A stretch of DNA of 61,305 nucleotides, the filler included. It is 12 parts of 12 records of this genome, joined end to end, with 100 filler letters (N's around TTAATTAATTAA, not from the genome) between each part and the next. Parts side by side here need not be neighbours in the genome. Positions count along the whole stretch, not along the records: positions 32,028 to 37,809 come from SRR15195285_8498; positions 37,910 to 43,983 come from SRR15195285_8502; positions 44,084 to 47,198 come from SRR15195285_8505; 9 more parts are not named here. One strand, given 5' to 3'. Numbering within the stretch: position 1 is the stretch's first letter; each line of letters begins with the position of its first letter. The translations under genes were made by a program, and so were the position numbers. The notes under the pieces were generated by a model, which saw only the letters and a program-made list of their open reading frames with translations, did no database searches and was not told the origin of the DNA. Shown here piece after piece: positions 35,050-46,179 of the stretch.

Positions 35050-37809
35050 TCACTTTGGACCCCAGCGCGGTCCGGTTTCACCGAGAGTGATGTTCCTTGT
35101 TCCTTGTGGCGTGCGCAACCACAGGAGCTCACCCGTCACGCCTCGTCCCACAGTGCTGCGCCAGAGCTCATTGGTGCCACCGTCTTGCAAACCCGGCCGC
35201 CATCCGAAGAAACTGTGTAGAATGATCTCGGCCCATGCACCACCCGCCAGAGCAGTATAACGATCAGCGCCCCTAGTCGTCTTGAAAGCTTTGATCCCAA
35301 ATAGCCCGTGTGGGTCGTCGTGATCGTGAGGGCCATACCCTGCAGTGGTGACGACCTGCACTGCATTGGCTTGGCCGTATGGCCCGAGCCGTGCTGCAGA
35401 GGCAGTCCCGAGGAAGAACGGAGTGGCTCGCCTAAAGTCACCGTCGAGCTCAGCCAGTGACTGTGCTGCCATCGGCGGCCAGCTCGCGTACGCACCAGTG
35501 GTTCCGTGATCTGGCCTGTCAATGAACCGCAGATCGTCTGACCGCGAGAGTGCAATCGGCCAGTCGGTGCCTTTCACGTCCAACTCGTCGTCCGAGTCAC
35601 AGCTGGCGCAGTTAGAGAGCTCTCGTACGAAAAAGTCACTCATCTTGCGCTGCACATCCAGTGGCAGCACTCCACCTTCCGCAGCACCGTCTTCGTCTGT
35701 CAAAAGGTTACCAATAGCTTGGAAATCGACGATCGATCGCACAGCCGTCAGTACGCTGTTCGAGCCATTCAGGCAGCCCCAGACTCCGCTACCATTTGCC
35801 ACCCACAGGCGAGTGACTGTAGCGTTGACAATTGCAGCCGCTTCACTGCGGAGCTGCTTTGCACTCTGGCCGAACCTCACGCTACTGGCATTGTCACCAG
35901 TCGCTGTCGAAATCTGTCGAGCCCAGCCGTTCTCGTACAGCTCGGCAGTCCGGCGCAGCATCCATGCGTTCGCTGCTTGTAGGGCTGGCACTGTATGCGT
36001 GTAGTCCGGAACGCATTCTAAGAAGTCTCCAGCAAATCCTCCGTAGTCTGCCAGCCACGGCTCCGGCGGGTGAGCACTGGTGAGAGCAAACTGCTTCCAG
36101 TGTGTCGCAAGAGCTGCCATCCACTCTGACACACGTTTCCCGCCAATTACCGTTGTGGCGAATGCTCGGTCGCCAGTAGTTGTAAGATAGGCGTGCAGCG
36201 ACGTGAAAAGTGCCTCGGAGTTGAATGCATACCTGAGCGCAGGCACCGGAAATCGCATCATCAAACCGGTGATCATCAACACACAGCACACAACATCATT
36301 AGGGATAATACAAAGTGGCATTCTACACCACCAGACCATCGGTCAGGGTCGTTCTTGCACGTACCAAGCACCAAAGAGTGACCCGGTAAAGAGATCTACA
36401 CCATTGGAGGACTCAAAGCCTTCTTTGCCATCAACGCTCGGCAACTGGAGCACAAAGGTCAGGTATGATTTGAACGCCACGGGGTCGAGCAAACTCATAA
36501 TGTGTGCCATTTGTTTCACGTCCCAATCTGAGCAACAGTGCGCGAGTGAATGCGCACGCTTAACGATACCTTAAGGTACGCAGAGTTGATAAGAGGTCGG
36601 TCAAGGCAGGCTGCTGAGAGTGCTTACAATAAGATGCAGCAGCGCCGACCTCAAGCATACCGTCGATGTGTGGAAAACAGGTAGCACAGTTATACGGCAA
36701 AGCATTCCCAGCCGCAGTCAGATAGACCCTCTCAGCGACCAGTGGCAAGTTTGTTCGCTCCAGCGAGACTGCCGTGAGCAATGAATTGTAATATATCCGA
36801 GTCAACGCTGCAGAGGAAGAGCTGAGTGTTGGCAAGTGACCGGAGAAATGCTTGTTGTTGGGGGTAAACGCTTGCTGCCATCGCTGCTCCCAGAGCATTG
36901 CTGTCTGCTCCCACGCTTTTGTCCACTCGGAAGGTTTTGCCATCTCCCGAAATGCCTCCAGCACACCTGCTTTTCCTTCCTCTGCTGCAGGCCAGGTCGC
37001 GTTGCCAGTCAGCATTGCGAACTGCAACGTCTCATTTCGCCCCGCTTGAAGGTTCACTAAAATCGATATCTTGCCCCCTCCTTTCGAGACGCTCCAGTGT
37101 GGTATGTGCTTCCCGCTGATAAATCCAAATGCGCTCTCTGCCGCGCTCTCGTTGTCCACAGTGTGCAAGAAAAAGCTGCCGCAGTTGGATCCATCCACAT
37201 GTGCACCATCTGTACAACTAGTAGAAACCAGGTTGAAGTCAAAGTTGGATGTAGTGTTTGGATAGGCTGGAACCCAGGCTGAAACAAAATTTGAACACCT
37301 GTGTTAGTTGCAAAATTGAGCTGAAGTACCAGGGGGATATGCGGCAAAACGTACGCAGTGCCTTAGCCTGCCGTATCAGTGGGGTGAGCTGTAGCTCAAT
37401 CTTGTGCCGACCAGTGGTGTGACTCGCAAGCTGAACGCTCCATAGCACTCCCGGCGCGGAAAAAGCAAGGCGCGTATCGACAGAAACTATCAGTCCATCC
37501 GCTGCCGTTGCCTCCCGTGTCGCTTGGTACGCCCGCCATTGGTGGCGCTCAGGTCGCAACTGCACGCCATCGACTGTCATATTGCAGAGGGAGACTCCCT
37601 GGAGGAAAGGAGCGTTGAGAAATGAATTGATGGAAAAGAGATCATCTGCGTTTGTGCCAACACTGTTGGTGAACGCTGATATCTGAGGCATATCAACTTC
37701 ATCCCCGGCGTGAATCCAGTCACCCGCAAGCTCGTCCAGCGTCGGTACGGCGGAGCGAGAAGGAGTGTCGCTATCGTCACTGCTGCTGCTGCTGCTGCTG
37801 CTGTTGGTC
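35050..37809 (-). CDS. Uncharacterised, probably secreted carbohydrate-active protein ((alpha/alpha)6 glycosidase-like), multi-exon, 5' truncated
   Basis: ORF segments 37809-~37340, ~37210-36630, ~36530-36340 and ~36240-35050 with PTLDELAGDW, RWQQAF.P.N.HFSGHLP, YYNSLL, YAFN, DYG...LECV..Y.H.VP and RPDHG..GAY..WP. The fold assignment is inference. Confidence 0.55.
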
Positions 37810-38064
37810 NNNNNNNNNNNNNNNNNNNNNNNNNNNNNNNNNNNNNNNNNNNNTTAATTAATTAANNNNNNNNNNNNNNNNNNNNNNNNNNNNNNNNNNN
37901 NNNNNNNNNTGAGTTCGAGTTTACCGTGGGGAGACCTGATCGAACTCTGGTACTCTGCTGGCTCGGCGGCCGACGTTGACGCAAAGAGACAGCACGCTAG
38001 GTACTAGTAGCTCTCTCTCTTCGAGCTGCGCGAACGGCTCCGTCTCTCGATCACTACAGTAGAG

Positions 38065-39082
38065 ATGCAGCCCATGGACGCCGATGCCTTCGCTGTGGGA
38101 GCGACCGTGCGGCCGCTCGAGCAGGCAGCGAAGCGGCGGCGCACAGGCCAGACGGCGGAACAGTATATGGGCCCGGGAGACTGCGTCACTCGCGAGTCCG
38201 ACGTGCTTCGCGGCCACGGCACGTACAACCGTGCTGGACAGCTGACGGCGACGCTGAGCGGGACAGTGGAGAGAATCAATAAGCTAGTGAAGGTCCAGCC
38301 ACCCAAGGCGCGGTATGTTGGAGAGGTAGGGGACATTGTCGTTGGCCGCATCCTCGAGGTGCTTCCGCGGCGCTGGAAAGTCGACATCAACGCGACTGCG
38401 GCTGCAACGCTGCGGCTGGACAACGTCCAGCTACAGAACAATGAGCAGCGTAAGCGCACGGCAGATGACGAGCTGAGGATGCGCAATTATTTGAGAGAGT
38501 CGGATCTGGTGTCAGCCGAGATACAGGAATACAAGCAGGATAGGTCTATCATGCTGCAGTGCCGCACGCGGAACGGCAAGCTTGAGGCAGGCTCACTAGT
38601 TTACGTCCCACCCCACCTGATCAAGCGACTCAAGCATCACTATCATCTGTTACCCTGCGGTGTGTCGATTATTTTGGGCTGCAACGGCAACGTGTGGGTC
38701 GCCCCTCCGCCAAAGCGGACTCAAGCTGACGGAGATGACAAGTCCATCATGTCGGAGTCGGCCGGCGACGCAGCGACAGAGGTTTCTCTGTCCACCCGGG
38801 AAACGATTTGCCGTGTGCGAAACGCAGTGAGTGTGGCTGGTAGCCGTTCGCGTATGTGCGCTCTGATCCGTGCTGAAGCATGGCCGCATGGTGCTCTTAC
38901 AGGTACTGGCGCTCTCAATGGCCGAGCTCCCGATCTATCCTGACACCATCATGGACACCGTTGATGCTTCTCTCTCTGCTGACAACGGCGTGTCCCTTTC
39001 ATCAGCCGAGATGCTGGAGAGGCAGCACGTCATCACAATCACGTCACGAGCGCGGACGCGCGTGGCAGAATTGCTTGGTTAG
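38065..39082 (+). CDS. RRP4: Exosome complex subunit RRP4 (S1 + KH), 2 exons
   Basis: RGHGTY, G.VERINKLV.V.P.K.RY.GEVGDIVVGRI, DELRMR..L.E.DL.SAE, ILGCNG.VWV. Intron 38827-38902; stop at 39080-39082. Confidence 0.93.
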
Positions 39083-39925
39083 GTGTTTGTGCCGATGAGC
39101 AGGAATGAATTTACCATTGCTGTCGGTTGGCTTGCTTTTGAACCGCGACATTACTCGCGCACGTGGCTATTCGTGTCCGTGTGCTTTCTGCTACTCGTGT
39201 GGTTTAGACGGAACAATCACCAGTGCTCACTTCGAAGCTCATCGTAACGTTTCAACTGTCTACCCCGTTGTGGATTGCAGTCTCTACAGTATCACCCACG
39301 TCCACCGCAAACTCGTGCCAATCAGACCAGTTTCCGTACGTTAGAGTCGGCACAAGAGCCACTCCTGAGCTGTCGGCAACGCGGCAGTCGCCTTGGTATA
39401 CCACGCCTCTACATCCCGCATTGTCCAGTGGCAACGCAAACGCAGACCCTCCTCCATCGCCACCCCCAAGCCAGCTGCTACCTAAATCGGCGACGGTGGT
39501 CTGTTGCTGCTTGGCCATGATTCATGTGAGCGTGGCACCCCCAGCGTCTTTGACATACTTTAGTAGTTGTGGTCCTTTAACACTGTGGATAGCGACAGCT
39601 GGTGTCAATTCCATGCACGCACACACGCGCAAAGGCAGCAATGGTAGTAGAAGCACCCGCGTAGCCAGAAACCAAATCATTAGCACTCTGTGTAGACGGC
39701 GTTGTATTGACTGGGACGCGCACCCCCACCCGTGCCATGGTGCGAGAAACGGAGCAACAACAAAATGGATTCATTTTTGTGGAGGCTAACAATGGCGAGA
39801 GCTTTTCCATCTACACCAACTAGAATAATATGAGCTATCTAGCCACTCCAGCCATGATAGCTAGGGGCAATTTCAACGTAATAGTGCTGTGCTACTGCCC
39901 TGCGGCTGTTTTCTTCAGCAATCCC

Positions 39926-42900
39926 TCACGCAGCGCCGAACCGCAGCGTGAAGCGATACTGCGTGTCTTGATCCGACAGCTGCCACGGATACCTGTGCTC
40001 CAAAACACTCAAGGAAACTCAGCAGACAGGTCTTGTGCAATGCATCTGATCTAACTTGAATGTTCTCTCAACAAGACGTGATGGGCACACACCAGAACGG
40101 GTAATTTCTGCGGCCACAGTGTCGTTGCTTGTTAGATCGTTAGATACAGGACACGGGAAAGCAGTCGCCTACTGGACCAGGTAGGTAGTCCAGTACTGCT
40201 AGCACTCACGTATTCCAAATGTTGTTGACGAGACTGAAGTGCACACCCCCCGCTGGGTCCGGCGTGAGACGTCCACCGCCATAGTGCGTGCCACCGTCGA
40301 CCCTCGGCGTCGGCGCTGGGTTACGCTCGCCTACGCTGACCAGCGCAACGTCCTGTGATATAAGCTCTAGCGCCGTGCCGCCTCCGTTCCGCTGCCAGCG
40401 CGCGCCGGTGTTCACCGCGTGCAGGTGCATGTTCGAACCTACACTCCAAAACACGGAAAACTCAGCAGACAGGTCTTGTGTAATGCATCTAATCTAACTT
40501 GAATATTCTCTCAACAAGACGCGATGGGCATGCACCAGGGAACGGCAGAACATCGGCTGGATCGATCCAGCTACCAAGCTTGTCGATCTCGAGCTGTAGC
40601 TCCTCGGTCTCGTTGCATGGCGGTGAGAAAGATAGCCACATGGTCTCCTTGTGCTTCGTCGGTGTCTTCTCCAGGGTGCGCAGCGAGATATCGAGCGAGT
40701 AGAGCGGAGTCGGCGCCGAGGTGTTCTTAATCGCTGTGTACAGCACGCTCAGCCGCCGTGGTGCGCCACCTTCCTTCCACACCTTCTCGGGCAGCGTTAG
40801 GTTAAGTAGGATCTCGCTCGAGCCGTCGTCGTTCTCTCGCGTCGCCATGGCAATCACTGTTCCAGTTGCATTGCAACCTGTCGCGCCGATGGAACTACCG
40901 CTCGTAGCCTCGCCAGGTGCCGCGAAGTTGCCGTAGTTAGGTCTGCTAAGTGTGCCATACGCCGTCACCCAATCGTGCATCTGGTTGCCAGCGAGCGTCT
41001 GGTAGTGAAACTCGGCGAGAGGGTTGGCCGGTGAGGCCAGTGGCGCCTGTGTATGATTCACTGCTATACCACCGCCTCCAGTATCGAGGTAGGTGATGCC
41101 ACCCGCCGCATTGAAGGCGAGAGTCACACCAGCGTTTGCGGTTTTGATCTTCTGATCTGGGACAAACGGTACCGACTTCCAAGCGGCTTTGTGCGCTGAC
41201 GTTGGCATCGGCAGCGACCACTTGCCTGCGAAAATACCGTGATATCAACTTTTCTGGTGTCTGTCCTGAGCCTGCCTTGGCAAATGATCGCTTTTATCAG
41301 AAAACGGCAACAGAAGCGGCTTTTGTTTCCGCACCGGAAGCCCAGCCTGGGGAAATCTCCGCCATTGCTTTGATCATCGGCGGCGCGCATGGTGACTTGC
41401 CCACGACGAGGGCCTGCACTGCGTTGAGGATGAACATCCTCTGCTCGTACCAGGCGTCGACGCAAGGCCAGCTTGCTGGCATGCCTTGAGGGAAGGCAGG
41501 GTCGGGGCCGGTGGTAAGGTCCGAGTTGTTGAAGCCCACTTTTTTGCACTTTCCGCCGCTGGTCCCCCATCTACAGAGAGACAGCGAAGCTAGGTCCAGC
41601 GCTGGTGGGTACTTGTAGCGACAGCTCTGACCACATGGTTGGCGCTTGACTTACGTATGTTCGCCGGATTTGATCAGCAGCCGATCGAATGTCGCCTCCG
41701 CATCGTTCCCTTCGCGCCAATGCCCTGCCTCCACACACTGTGTGCGTACGCGCATCGCAGCCCTTGTCGTCGCGACTTTGATGGGGTCGGTCGATGCTCC
41801 ATCTGGACATTTCAGCAGAGAAATTTTCAAGAGGAGCAGAGCAACTAGTGTACACTAGCTCAGCTGGCAAGAGAGCCACTGTTGCTCACAGATCCATGAA
41901 TCGCCCATTTCGTGCGTGAGCACTGGCAGTGTATCTTGCACTGGTAAGACTGTCTTGACGAAATCATCAAACGCATCCGAGGCTCGAATATTGGCATTCG
42001 GAAACTCCGCCTGCACGCGCTGGTAGACCTGGAGCGCGGCGGTGAACTCATGTGGGCCCTAACCGAACACAGATTACAAGAGCTGTGGGTCAGTCGCACG
42101 CAGAACAAACGCGCCATCCATCCATCAATCCAGCAGAGCGGAGCGTACCTGGTTGTCGCCACGCCACGATGTGCATAGAGCGGTCTTGCTGGCGTTAACG
42201 TACGCGCAGTCGTCTTGTGTGATGCCCCCATAGCCGTGCGGGTGCATGATCGTCAGCGCAGACGCACCAGATGCTGGGTCTTGCCATTTGAATACCTTCG
42301 TCGGCCACTGGCTCGTATTGTCTCCATCGAAGAAAGCCAACGGCCTCGGGCAGTCGTTCTCGCCGACTGAGATTGCCTTCACGCCCAGTTTCGAGAGAAG
42401 TGGCAGGACACCACGCGTGAGCCCCGGCACGTCTCGCTGTGAGTACGTCATTCGACGCGTCTTCCCGAAGCGCGTGTCCAGTTTGTGCGTCAAATTGATC
42501 GCGACTTCGAAGAACTCGGGCGAGTACATCTCTGGCTCACCGTTGTGGGGAAACGCCGGCCACGAGATTCCGCCTTCGGGGCCCGCCGCAATCGCAGTAT
42601 TGATCTCAGCCAGAGTGGTGGCGTTCGGGCATTGCAGGTTTGAAGGGCGGCCGGGCATTGAGTTGACGGTGGTTTCATTGCAGTGCAGCAGGATGTCGAG
42701 AATGAAGGAGAAGCCCAGCCAGGTGTATGTCCAGCCCTTCGCGACCGTCTCGTTGGATGTGCGGAACTGCGCAGCTGTGTCCATGGCGCGCTCGACGTAC
42801 CTGCGCCATGCGATAAAATGACAATTCCACATCAGCAGCACGCAAGATAGATAGAGAGCACGATGCGGAACAGTCACGAGTATATCGGTGCGTGCGTGCG

Positions 42901-43756
42901 CACCTGTCAATATACTCGTTGATCACGTCTCTGACCTCGCCCTGCGAACAGCCGTGATCAATCGTTAAAACGTTCGACAGACTCTACAAAGACAGCAGCT
43001 GATAGCCGTACAAATACTTACTGTGTAGCCGACGTCAAGGTGGTTGCCAAAGACGATGAAGACCTCTTCCGCCTCAGTGTTGGGGTTGGTGGGCGGCGGC
43101 GGCGGACCTGGGTGCGGCGATGGCGACGGGGTGTGGTTCGGACACACCCACTCAACATTCGGCCCGCTTGGTGGGCTGCAAGTCTGCGACCACGCGTACT
43201 TTCGCTGCGGCGAGTAGCTGTCGACGTCAACAATGCTATTGCATGCGCCCTTGTAGCTTGGTGGCCTGCTGCAGGTGCCCGAGCGCTCTGGCGAATACGG
43301 CCAACCGGATGGGCACTTGGCGGCAGGCCAGTAGATACCGCATGTCACCTCCCAGGCTTGCTTCGCCGCGAGGCCCGGCGGAGAGCCCTCCTGCCATTTC
43401 CCGCCGGGCGCCATTTGCTGGATCGTTGTGCACTTGCTGTTCCCGGGGTGCCCCTTCGTCGGCGCACAGCACGGCGGTCGGTCGCAGCCGCGGGCCTTGT
43501 TCGCGACGGTGAGATAGTCCCAGCCCACGGGGCAGTGGCCGTCGTACTCCGCCTCGCAGACGGCGTCCGTGTTGCTGGCGTGCAGCCGCCGCCGCCGCGC
43601 CGCCGCCTCCTCGTCGCCTGTCTGCACGTGGTTGTCTACCTTGTTGTTCGGCGCGGCACTGGCAGCCTCAGCCTGGCACTGTGCCGCGAGCTGCAGCAAC
43701 AGCAGCGTGCTCAGCGGCGGCAGCGGCACGAGGGACGCCGTCCGCATCGACGCCAT
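39926..43756 (-). CDS. Secreted DUF5054/GH38-like glycoside hydrolase with two N-terminal CPW-WPC-like domains, multi-exon
   Basis: Signal-like N-terminus; VFIVFGNHLDVGYT, W.AFPHN.E.E, SQRDVPG.TR, DNQGP, EMGDSWIYG.STDP.K, EHTWG, KTPTKHKETMW.SF and NNIWNTNYPFWYP..FTL. Reconstructed across GT-AG introns including a 15-nt exon at 40093-40107; stop TGA 39926-39928. Confidence 0.8.
39993..40092 (-). mobile_element. Introner-like repeated spliceosomal intron, copy A (100 nt)
   Basis: GT...AG intron, roughly 85% identical by eye to 40439-40535; internal inverted repeat GTCTTGT/ACAAGAC. Confidence 0.75.
40439..40535 (-). mobile_element. Introner-like repeated spliceosomal intron, copy B (97 nt)
   Basis: GT...AG intron near-identical to 39993-40092; the flanking exons are unrelated apart from CTG|GT at the junction. 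Confidence 0.75.
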
Positions 43757-44331
43757 TTTGAAGGAGGCCTCGCGATGTGCCGTATTTTTGCGGGTATGAC
43801 TAGCGTAAGCGCTAAGCCGTAGGAACCTAAGGCCCAATTCTGTACAGTGTACACCGCGCACAGTGAAACGCGCGCTGAGCGTGCCATGGCAGCTAATGGT
43901 ACTGTACTCGAACTACGATACGTCAGATCCCGGAGGTTCGCCCGCGCGCGACCACGCGCGGGCCCGCGCGGAGCATCCAACCTNNNNNNNNNNNNNNNNN
44001 NNNNNNNNNNNNNNNNNNNNNNNNNNNTTAATTAATTAANNNNNNNNNNNNNNNNNNNNNNNNNNNNNNNNNNNNNNNNNNNNGCCAGTGGCCAGTTGTG
44101 GTGTAAACCACTACTAGTAGATCTAGCTAGAGTGTCTTGTGTGCAGGGGACGTTGGCCGTTGGGCCGTTCGCCGCCCTGCCCTGTCGACCTCGAGACGAA
44201 TGTCGACGGGGGTGACTGGTTAGAAGGACTAGGAGCAGCTATTAGGCCAAGACTGAACCGTGCTGGCGTGGCTGTGACACGCGGCAGTGGCTGCTACGTG
44301 CCAGCGGCAGTGGCTGCTCTCGATCGGCTCG

Positions 44332-46086
44332 ATGGCGCCGCGCTACTGCAAGAAATGCGGGGTCGCGTTTCACGGCGGGACCTGCGCCGCTGGGCACCCG
44401 ATCTTCCTGTACTCGAAGACGATCCCCGAGGGCGTCGCAATCGAGGCGGCGTCGCCCACGCCGGATGACGACGATAGCTACGAGACGAGCCCGCTGAAGC
44501 CTACCGCGCAGGGTGGTGCAGTGGTGCACAAGAAGAACGGTGAGCCAGCGGCGTCGGTCGATCTCTCGACGGTGCCTAGTGACGGCAAAGAAGCTCAGCA
44601 TGAGCTCGACCGGGAGGTTGCGCTGAGAAAAACGACAGAACGGATGCGTGCGCAGCTCGTGAAAAGGCAGGAGCCCATGATGGTGGCGATCGACGCACTC
44701 AAGCGGGCAGTGCACGAGGATAAAGCCTACAAAGAGGCCTCCGCGGATCAAAAGCGCGAGCGGGTATTCACAGTTATTGCGTCCTACCGCTTTGCAATAG
44801 GTCTGGCCACCGAGGTGACGCAAAACCCCAAGTCCAAGGCGAGTGTGGTGAACCAGCTCACGCAAAAGATAGAGAGCGTCAAAACCAGGCTGGGGAAGCT
44901 GGAGGCCACGCTCGATCAGGGCTCAGAGGGTGCGCTCGCAGCTGCAGAAGAGCAGGTGCGTGCTGCGGCTGAGAAGGAGGACACCGAGAAGATCGACGGG
45001 GAGGTTGCGAAGCGTATGGAAACTTGGGAGTCGCGGTGGGAGCAAGAGTGGCTGGAAGCACACGCGAGCGGCCGGCGAGGCGCCTTGAGCGGTACAGACG
45101 CCGATGGCTTGTCTGCTGTGCAAAACGAGGACGACTTAGAAGAGGGCTTCCACAGCGTCGCAGCCTCGCCGGCGGTAAGGCCGCAAGCCGTTGCGCTGCC
45201 GTCCACGGTGAGCGAAGCAGCAGAGAGTTTGCGCGAGGTCGCAGCTCCGGCTGATGTGACTGGCGATCCTGTTAATCCACCGCCAGAGAGTTTGAGATTA
45301 GATAAGACAGCGCTTGGCTCACCGCCAAGTTTGCTGGTGCCAGAGGTTGAAGGCGGTGGTAGAACCGGCGATTTGCTGAATGCGGCGGCAGCTGTGCTGG
45401 CAGACCAGCTGCCATCGTCTACCACCACAGATGCACCTCAGGTAAACATAGCTGCACCACGGGTGCCAGAGGCGACAGCAGCGTCATTGACTGTGGCGGA
45501 GATCACACGCACAGAGAGACCAAAGATGGTTCTGTCCAGCCCGGCGCCACGCCCTCGGCCAGCACGTGTGCTGGCCGCGCCGTACGCAGCAGCTCCAGCA
45601 CCCAGCGGCTGCCTGTACAAAGTTGGCGACGCACGGCGGTACCTCGAGGCATCTGGGACCCTAGCGGCCTTGTCGGACGCGCTGTACGCCATAGCTGCTG
45701 AGCCGGAGGCAAGTCGACCTGAGAGTGTTAGTGATGCGGTTACATACCTTGCCGAGCAGGCAGCATCTGGCGCAGCCCCACCACAGGTGGAGGCAACACT
45801 GACTGCAGAGGTCAGTCTGGTGGACGTTGTGAGCTTTGATTATCTGTCCACTTTGGCCGCCCCTGTGCATGGTGCGCTCATGCGAGCAGAGAAGGAGCGT
45901 TCCATCGACGGCGACTCGGGGCCGATGTTAGGGAAGCTGCTGTCTGCTGTACAGCTTGGGGCAGACACTCTGCAGAGTGAGTCCACTGAAGCAGCTGCAC
46001 CAGCGGTGCCTGCACCTGCGACTATGCCAGTGGCACCGCACCTCGATCCCACGGCGGAGCCAGTAGCGCTGGATGATTCTGTTTGA
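44332..46086 (+). CDS. Protein with N-terminal C3H zinc-finger-like motif, MIT-like helical domain and MYCBP/Dpy-30-like dimerisation-docking domain
   Basis: YCKKCG...CAAGH; AIDALKRAVHEDK...Y..AI...K.E..K.R...L (MIT-like); RRYLEASG.L.AL...L....E..RP....YL (MYCBP-like). Confidence 0.55.
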   Translation: MAPRYCKKCGVAFHGGTCAAGHPIFLYSKTIPEGVAIEAASPTPDDDDSYETSPLKPTAQGGAVVHKKNGEPAASVDLSTVPSDGKEAQHELDREVALRKTTERMRAQLVKRQEPMMVAIDALKRAVHEDKAYKEASADQKRERVFTVIASYRFAIGLATEVTQNPKSKASVVNQLTQKIESVKTRLGKLEATLDQGSEGALAAAEEQVRAAAEKEDTEKIDGEVAKRMETWESRWEQEWLEAHASGRRGALSGTDADGLSAVQNEDDLEEGFHSVAASPAVRPQAVALPSTVSEAAESLREVAAPADVTGDPVNPPPESLRLDKTALGSPPSLLVPEVEGGGRTGDLLNAAAAVLADQLPSSTTTDAPQVNIAAPRVPEATAASLTVAEITRTERPKMVLSSPAPRPRPARVLAAPYAAAPAPSGCLYKVGDARRYLEASGTLAALSDALYAIAAEPEASRPESVSDAVTYLAEQAASGAAPPQVEATLTAEVSLVDVVSFDYLSTLAAPVHGALMRAEKERSIDGDSGPMLGKLLSAVQLGADTLQSESTEAAAPAVPAPATMPVAPHLDPTAEPVALDDSV

Positions 46087-46179
46087 TGCAGCTGTGGATT
46101 CGCAAACGGTCGCGCTGTTAGAATCGTTGGTCAGGTTTCCCGTAGTAAGTTCAATGATACTTATATGTAACTTTCTCTC

